Virus record (IMG/VR): IMGVR_UViG_3300023084_000009
Span: 30,337-94,336 of that record
Direction: 5' to 3' (one strand)
Length of the DNA: 64,000 bases
Source of the DNA: a virus
Notes under the pieces: generated by a model
Databases searched by the model: none
What the model was told of the DNA's origin: nothing
The model's input: only the letters and a program-made list of their open reading frames with translations
Translations under genes and position numbers: made by a program
Shown: positions 59,903 to 64,000 of the stretch, one piece after another
Numbering within the stretch: position 1 is the stretch's first letter
Layout of the letters: every line of letters starts with the position of its first letter

Positions 59903-60058
59903 TTATTTATTTGTTTTGAAATCAACATGTTTCTTTTTACATGCTCCACGTGCCCATGCTCTTGCCATGCTGTCTACATGAGAACAAGGTTTTCCTTTCT
60001 CACCACAGTAGGGACACTTAGCATCATTTGGATCATTAGGGTATGAAAACTTCGGCAT
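59903..60058 (-). CDS. 51-aa Cys-rich protein (not in ORF track)
   Basis: MPKFSYPNDPNDAKCPYCGEKGKPCSHV...ARGACKKKH. Confidence 0.6.
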   Translation of the reverse strand: MPKFSYPNDPNDAKCPYCGEKGKPCSHVDSMARAWARGACKKKHVDFKTNK

Positions 60059-60302
60059 TGTCTTCCTCTAAGATAGGTTGAACTTCCCATGATCCACCAA
60101 CACCACCATCCATATTCACAACAATATCCCGAGTAGGAAGTTGCTTACCGAAAGATACATCAACAATATCACCAGGATAAGGTGTAAATTGATAGTAGTG
60201 TCCATCACCTTTCATGGCAACAAGAGTGGTTGCATCTTGAAGAGATCCACAATCAGCAATCTTTTTACCACCTGGTTGAAATACAGAATAAAAACCGTTC
60301 AT
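60036..60302 (-). CDS. Hypothetical protein
   Basis: ORF track; ATGA overlap with the upstream gene. Confidence 0.65.
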   Translation of the reverse strand: MNGFYSVFQPGGKKIADCGSLQDATTLVAMKGDGHYYQFTPYPGDIVDVSFGKQLPTRDIVVNMDGGVGGSWEVQPILEEDNAEVFIP

Positions 60303-60616
60303 TTCTTTTCGTATGGGTGTGCCTGTTTCAAATCAGGATTTGGTTGGGAAGGAACTACTGGGTTCCTAGTTACATTTTCAATTACAATAAAGGCATCACT
60401 TTGATAACTTACTGTACCATAAGGTTTTGCCCACTTGGGGTTAGCACCTTCAGTCTGGTGAATGCCGCTGTTGGCAACTCCACCAATCTTGACACGAAGT
60501 TCATCATTTGGATCCCAATCCATCTTACCAAGAGCAATTGCTAGTTGCCCTAGCATATCAGCACTTGGGAATTTCTCTTTCATCACATTTTCCTCTGGTT
60601 CCAGGTTTCCGATCAT
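60299..60616 (-). CDS. Conserved cyanophage hypothetical protein
   Basis: ORF track; preceded by TGnTATAAT near 60655-60663. Confidence 0.7.
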   Translation of the reverse strand: MIGNLEPEENVMKEKFPSADMLGQLAIALGKMDWDPNDELRVKIGGVANSGIHQTEGANPKWAKPYGTVSYQSDAFIVIENVTRNPVVPSQPNPDLKQAHPYEKK

Positions 60617-60687
60617 CTCTTTTCAAGTAGTAAAGATTTGGCCAAGTATCCATTATTATAGCACGAAGTTTGTCTGGTGTCTCAGAA

Positions 60688-61347
60688 CTAATCATTCCCC
60701 TGAACAGAGTCCCAATCTTTTTGGAATTGCTCAAGACCCTTGTCGGTCAGAACGTTTTTGTACATTCCCCAAAAAACTTTAGGAGGAATAGTAACTACAT
60801 CAGTTCCAGCAAGAGCACATTGTTCTACTTGACGTACATCACGAACTGATGCACTCAAAATTTGAGTCGTTGTAAATTGACCGTTGCCAGTATATGCCTG
60901 ACGAATATCCTTAATAAGTCCAATACCATCAATAGAATTGTCCATCCAACGACCGACAAATGGTGAGACATATGCTGCACCTGCTTTCTCTGCAAGGATT
61001 GCCTGAGCAACAGAAAAAATTAGAGTTACATTAACCTTATACTGATTCATTGCAAGTGCCGTACAAGCTTTGAGACCCTCAACTGTACATGGAACTTTAA
61101 TAGTTACGTTCCACAAACCATTGAATGCTTGTGCTTGATCTATCATCTCTTCGGCAGTATCAGCAACGACTTCTGCAGAAACGGATTGCAAACTAGAGAA
61201 AGAAGTAGAGATCTCTTTAATAACTTCTACCGGATCTCTTCCACTTTTTTTGATAAGAGTTGGATTAGTCGTTACCCCATTTACTAATCCAGTTTCATGT
61301 GCCTTTGCAATTTCGGTAACGTCGGCGGTATCTAGAAAAATTTTCAT
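60688..61347 (-). CDS. talC: Transaldolase TalC
   Basis: IFLDTAD, GVTTNPTL, KVP.T..G, NVTL.FS..QA, YVSPFVGR, AS.R. Confidence 0.96.
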   Translation of the reverse strand: MKIFLDTADVTEIAKAHETGLVNGVTTNPTLIKKSGRDPVEVIKEISTSFSSLQSVSAEVVADTAEEMIDQAQAFNGLWNVTIKVPCTVEGLKACTALAMNQYKVNVTLIFSVAQAILAEKAGAAYVSPFVGRWMDNSIDGIGLIKDIRQAYTGNGQFTTTQILSASVRDVRQVEQCALAGTDVVTIPPKVFWGMYKNVLTDKGLEQFQKDWDSVQGND

Positions 61348-61481
61348 GGATTGTGATTCTTGTTTTCCTTAATTTTTTGATATCCCCAAACAGCGAGGGT
61401 GCCGATACCTAGACCAGCAATACAACAGAGTAACATATGAATAATGTGTTCGAAGGTTGTGTGATCAGCGTGGTTCATCAT
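61344..61481 (-). CDS. 45-aa His-rich single-TM peptide
   Basis: MMNHADHTTFEHIIHMLLCCIAGLGIGTLAVWGYQKIKENKNHNP; ATGA overlap with talC. Confidence 0.6.
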   Translation of the reverse strand: MMNHADHTTFEHIIHMLLCCIAGLGIGTLAVWGYQKIKENKNHNP

Positions 61482-61561
61482 TTAGGTTTTTTAACGGGAA
61501 AGGTTGATTCCATTGCCGTAGTCAACAGCAATGCAAATCCAAAAACAAATAAGTGTTCCAT
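61478..61561 (-). CDS. 27-aa hydrophobic peptide
   Basis: MEHLFVFGFALLLTTAMESTFPVKKPK; abuts or overlaps both neighbours. Confidence 0.5.
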   Translation of the reverse strand: MEHLFVFGFALLLTTAMESTFPVKKPK

Positions 61562-61562
61562 G

Positions 61563-61685
61563 TCATCCAAAGTACATTACACTAAGAGTAAATACAACAA
61601 AGATGATGACCGTGAAGATCATCAATCCTACACCTGCCCAGGGAACCCAGGCAGGCATAGGTTCATAGTTGTGGTTATGAGACAT
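61563..61685 (-). CDS. 40-aa single-TM peptide
   Basis: MSHNHNYEPMPAWVPWAGVGLMIFTVIIFVVFTLSVMYFG; overlaps the end of petE. Confidence 0.55.
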   Translation of the reverse strand: MSHNHNYEPMPAWVPWAGVGLMIFTVIIFVVFTLSVMYFG

Positions 61686-61998
61686 GTAGTGTTCCAATCA
61701 TACCAGCACCCTTGTGAGGATCACACCAGAAGGTATAGTCTCCTGCTTCGGGGAAGGTGATATCAAAACTCTCACCAGGAGCAAAAGCAAGGTCTCCGTG
61801 TGAGAGTTCGGGGTGATCTTCAACGATCACATTATGGGGTGGGAGCATACCATTCACAAAATGAACGGTGTCTCCTGCGGATATTGTAACATCTGCTGGG
61901 TCAAAAATCAAGTTACCATTTGATCCCATTGTAATATCTACTGCCCAGGCGGGAGCAGCAAAAAGAATTGTAGCAAACAGTGCAAGAAGAAACTTCAT
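61675..61998 (-). CDS. petE: Plastocyanin
   Basis: AxA signal peptide, PPHNV, C-D-P-H...M copper ligands. Confidence 0.95.
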   Translation of the reverse strand: MKFLLALFATILFAAPAWAVDITMGSNGNLIFDPADVTISAGDTVHFVNGMLPPHNVIVEDHPELSHGDLAFAPGESFDITFPEAGDYTFWCDPHKGAGMIGTLHVS

Positions 61999-62017
61999 TA
62001 GGTATTTGTAACTATCA

Positions 62018-62242
62018 CTATCTAGGAGGTTTTCTTTTCCCAGGAAACAATTCTATGTCTTTATACCGTGGGTTTGTTAGGAATTCCTGATGAATCATTT
62101 CACCAAGTTCATCAGCACACTTACACCACTCTTTTCTCAGTTCTTTTGCCTTTGGGTCTTTATTACAATACAACTCAAACCATTCACGCCATAGGACAGC
62201 ACATTCATCAGACTTCTTTTGAAGATGTGGTTCCCTATACAC
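62018..62242 (-). CDS. Conserved cyanophage hypothetical protein
   Basis: ORF track; YREPHLQ.KSD.CA.LW; TAAATA late motif upstream. Confidence 0.65.
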   Translation of the reverse strand: MYREPHLQKKSDECAVLWREWFELYCNKDPKAKELRKEWCKCADELGEMIHQEFLTNPRYKDIELFPGKRKPPR

Positions 62243-62285
62243 GGGAGGAACCCTCTGTTTGGGTTGTGTGCCCTAGACTACATTA

Positions 62286-62951
62286 CTATTTAACGAAGTA
62301 CATGCGGCGACGATACTGCTCACCAGGACAATTTTCAAGGTGGTCAATCTCTTCTTCTGGGAGGAAGTTGATACCTCCAAGCAGTTTGGCACCAATGAAA
62401 ATATCAGCAGACTTCTCACACATTAAAGTGGCAGCAGCACAATCCTTTTGGTAGGGGGATGCTGTAATGATACCATGATTTTCCAAAAGAACTAACTTAG
62501 GAAAGTATCCATGCTCATCAACGAAAGCACCAACATACTTCTCTACATTTTTGAGTAGGCGAGCACCAGGAGGAGCATAAGGAACAAGGCAGGATACGAC
62601 ACCGTTTCTTACGATCTGATCTGGGAACCAACGTTGATAAGCAAAATCTTCTATCGCAGGAGAACAAAGAATCTGTGTGGTCTTTGGTGGATGTGTATGA
62701 GCAATATAATTGATTTCTGGAAAGTGCTTCATAATCCATGCATGGAATAGCACTTCAATACTTGGTTTCTTTTGATTTGGATTAATCTGTTTAGCGTCGG
62801 TATTTACTAATACTAAGTCTTCGTCTGTTAATGTATGAAGACTTGTGCCACTTGCTTTAATCAAAAATACATCTTCTTTCCATCTTTCTGATACATTTCC
62901 TTCACCACAGATAGTATAGTCAGCAATGGTATGTGCGAGGTCTAGTAGCAT
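62286..62951 (-). CDS. Class II aldolase/adducin-family protein
   Basis: GNVS, IKASG, PS.E...H, HTHP, LL.NHG. Confidence 0.88.
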   Translation of the reverse strand: MLLDLAHTIADYTICGEGNVSERWKEDVFLIKASGTSLHTLTDEDLVLVNTDAKQINPNQKKPSIEVLFHAWIMKHFPEINYIAHTHPPKTTQILCSPAIEDFAYQRWFPDQIVRNGVVSCLVPYAPPGARLLKNVEKYVGAFVDEHGYFPKLVLLENHGIITASPYQKDCAAATLMCEKSADIFIGAKLLGGINFLPEEEIDHLENCPGEQYRRRMYFVK

Positions 62952-62968
62952 TTACCTATTGTAAAATT

Positions 62969-63181
62969 TTATTTAGAGTTTGCACAAGATGTTAATTGTG
63001 GTTTTGTTTGGTAATCAACATCATCCCAATGCCTCACTGCGTTAGCCACGATAGCGATATTAGTAACCATGTAACAAATAAGAATAATGGTGCGTATGCC
63101 AGCAATAGTATCTGCTTCTCGATCATCTCTTCCTTCCTTTGCTCCTAATGCCTTTGCCCAAATTCTCCAAATCTTATTCAT
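62969..63181 (-). CDS. Small membrane protein
   Basis: WRIWAKALG.K....D.EAD..A..RT, one TM helix. Confidence 0.7.
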   Translation of the reverse strand: MNKIWRIWAKALGAKEGRDDREADTIAGIRTIILICYMVTNIAIVANAVRHWDDVDYQTKPQLTSCANSK

Positions 63182-63350
63182 CCAACTTAATCTCTCTCAT
63201 TCCTTTAACTTCAACACCACGTTTAATCATTGACATCATTGCTTGTTGTGCCGAAACCATATCAAAGTGAACGGCAACTCTATTTTTACCCCAAAGCATA
63301 TAATCAACTCCATAGAATCCATACTTTAAAGGGTCTCTAAATCTTGCCAT
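63174..63350 (-). CDS. 58-aa hypothetical protein (not in ORF track)
   Basis: MARFRDPLKYGFYGVDY...MREIKLDE; fills the gap. Confidence 0.55.
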   Translation of the reverse strand: MARFRDPLKYGFYGVDYMLWGKNRVAVHFDMVSAQQAMMSMIKRGVEVKGMREIKLDE

Positions 63351-63374
63351 AAAAAAGGAGGGTTCGAACCCTCC
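63351..63374 (-). terminator. Intrinsic terminator
   Basis: GGAGGGTTCGAACCCTCC perfect palindrome followed by T6. Confidence 0.8.
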
Positions 63375-63389
63375 AATTTTATCAAAATT

Positions 63390-63770
63390 TTATTCGTCAG
63401 TCAAATGGTCGGCACAAGCTAGTGTGTCACAAGGAGGACATTCTTTGTTAATGTGATAAGCACTAATGGCAGCTTCGAGTGCTTCAGTCACATTCTCTTT
63501 GAAAGAACGATAAGGAATGAAGAGTTCATCATCTTCAGTCTTATAGTCCTGGTGTGTCTCTTTGAACTTACGATCTACATCATACAGGAGATTTGTTACG
63601 ATGTCATTGATGACTTCCATGTGTCCAGATGTGAGTCCATTCCAGGATGTATTGGGGAATAGATCATCCTTGACACGATTCAGCAGTGCTCGCCTACAAT
63701 GCCATTGATTATCAAAGATCTGGGTAAATGCTTCCCAGTCGTGGTTGCTTTTGAAATGTGGGATGCTCAT
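63390..63770 (-). CDS. Hypothetical protein
   Basis: ORF track; ATGA-coupled. Confidence 0.7.
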   Translation of the reverse strand: MSIPHFKSNHDWEAFTQIFDNQWHCRRALLNRVKDDLFPNTSWNGLTSGHMEVINDIVTNLLYDVDRKFKETHQDYKTEDDELFIPYRSFKENVTEALEAAISAYHINKECPPCDTLACADHLTDE

Positions 63771-64000
63771 TTGTTCTTCTCACAATAAAGGAAATACTTG
63801 TACTCTGCAACTTGGTGTGGTGCGTATCTTACTATATCACATCCTTTGTACTTATCAACCACCTCAAATGATGATTCGTTGATTGGTTTATCACCAGCGG
63901 TAAAGTATGCTAGTACAATCAGAATAGTAATGAGGATAACAGCACAAGCAGCAAATACACCAGCACCACGCATAAACTCTTTGAGAGCATACTTATCTTC
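63767..64000 (-). CDS. Membrane-anchored hypothetical protein (may start beyond the window)
   Basis: TM helix then FEVVDKYKGCD; frame open to the window edge. Confidence 0.6.
   Translation of the reverse strand, partial: EDKYALKEFMRGAGVFAACAVILITILIVLAYFTAGDKPINESSFEVVDKYKGCDIVRYAPHQVAEYKYFLYCEKNK

Noticed and set aside
62002-62015. Possible NtcA box upstream of petE
   Set aside because: GTA-N8-TAT has a core mismatch and is likely by chance in AT-rich DNA

Overview
This is a 64 kb segment of a T4-like cyanomyovirus genome (probably a Synechococcus/Prochlorococcus phage), almost all on the minus strand. 1-8.1 kb holds baseplate/tail genes (gp27-like, a protein with a permuted M23 peptidase domain, tape-measure-like, gp51, gp26, gp54-like, gp4, gp2, gp48, gp53). 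8.1-16.4 kb holds replication and metabolism genes (Mom-like, gp32, gp59, gp33, exonuclease, phoH, thyX, glutaredoxin). It also holds a self-contained nitrogen-sensing unit: NtcA box, sigma70 promoter, double glutamine-riboswitch-like RNA with a 64-codon ORF nested in one arm, then DUF4278/YRG peptides and a terminator. 16.6-59.5 kb is a ~43 kb tail-fibre island of large mosaic fibre genes and collagen-like genes, with four Gly-rich adhesin-like + chaperone modules interleaved with tailoring enzymes (four 2OG-Fe(II) oxygenases, a flavin halogenase, a TPR-FkbM-radical SAM/SPASM fusion, a beta-propeller glycosidase-like protein). 59.5-64 kb holds an HNH nuclease, talC, petE, a class II aldolase and small membrane peptides. 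No tRNA, rRNA, CRISPR array, integrase or reverse transcriptase was seen. All family calls come from motif recognition by eye, not database searches.
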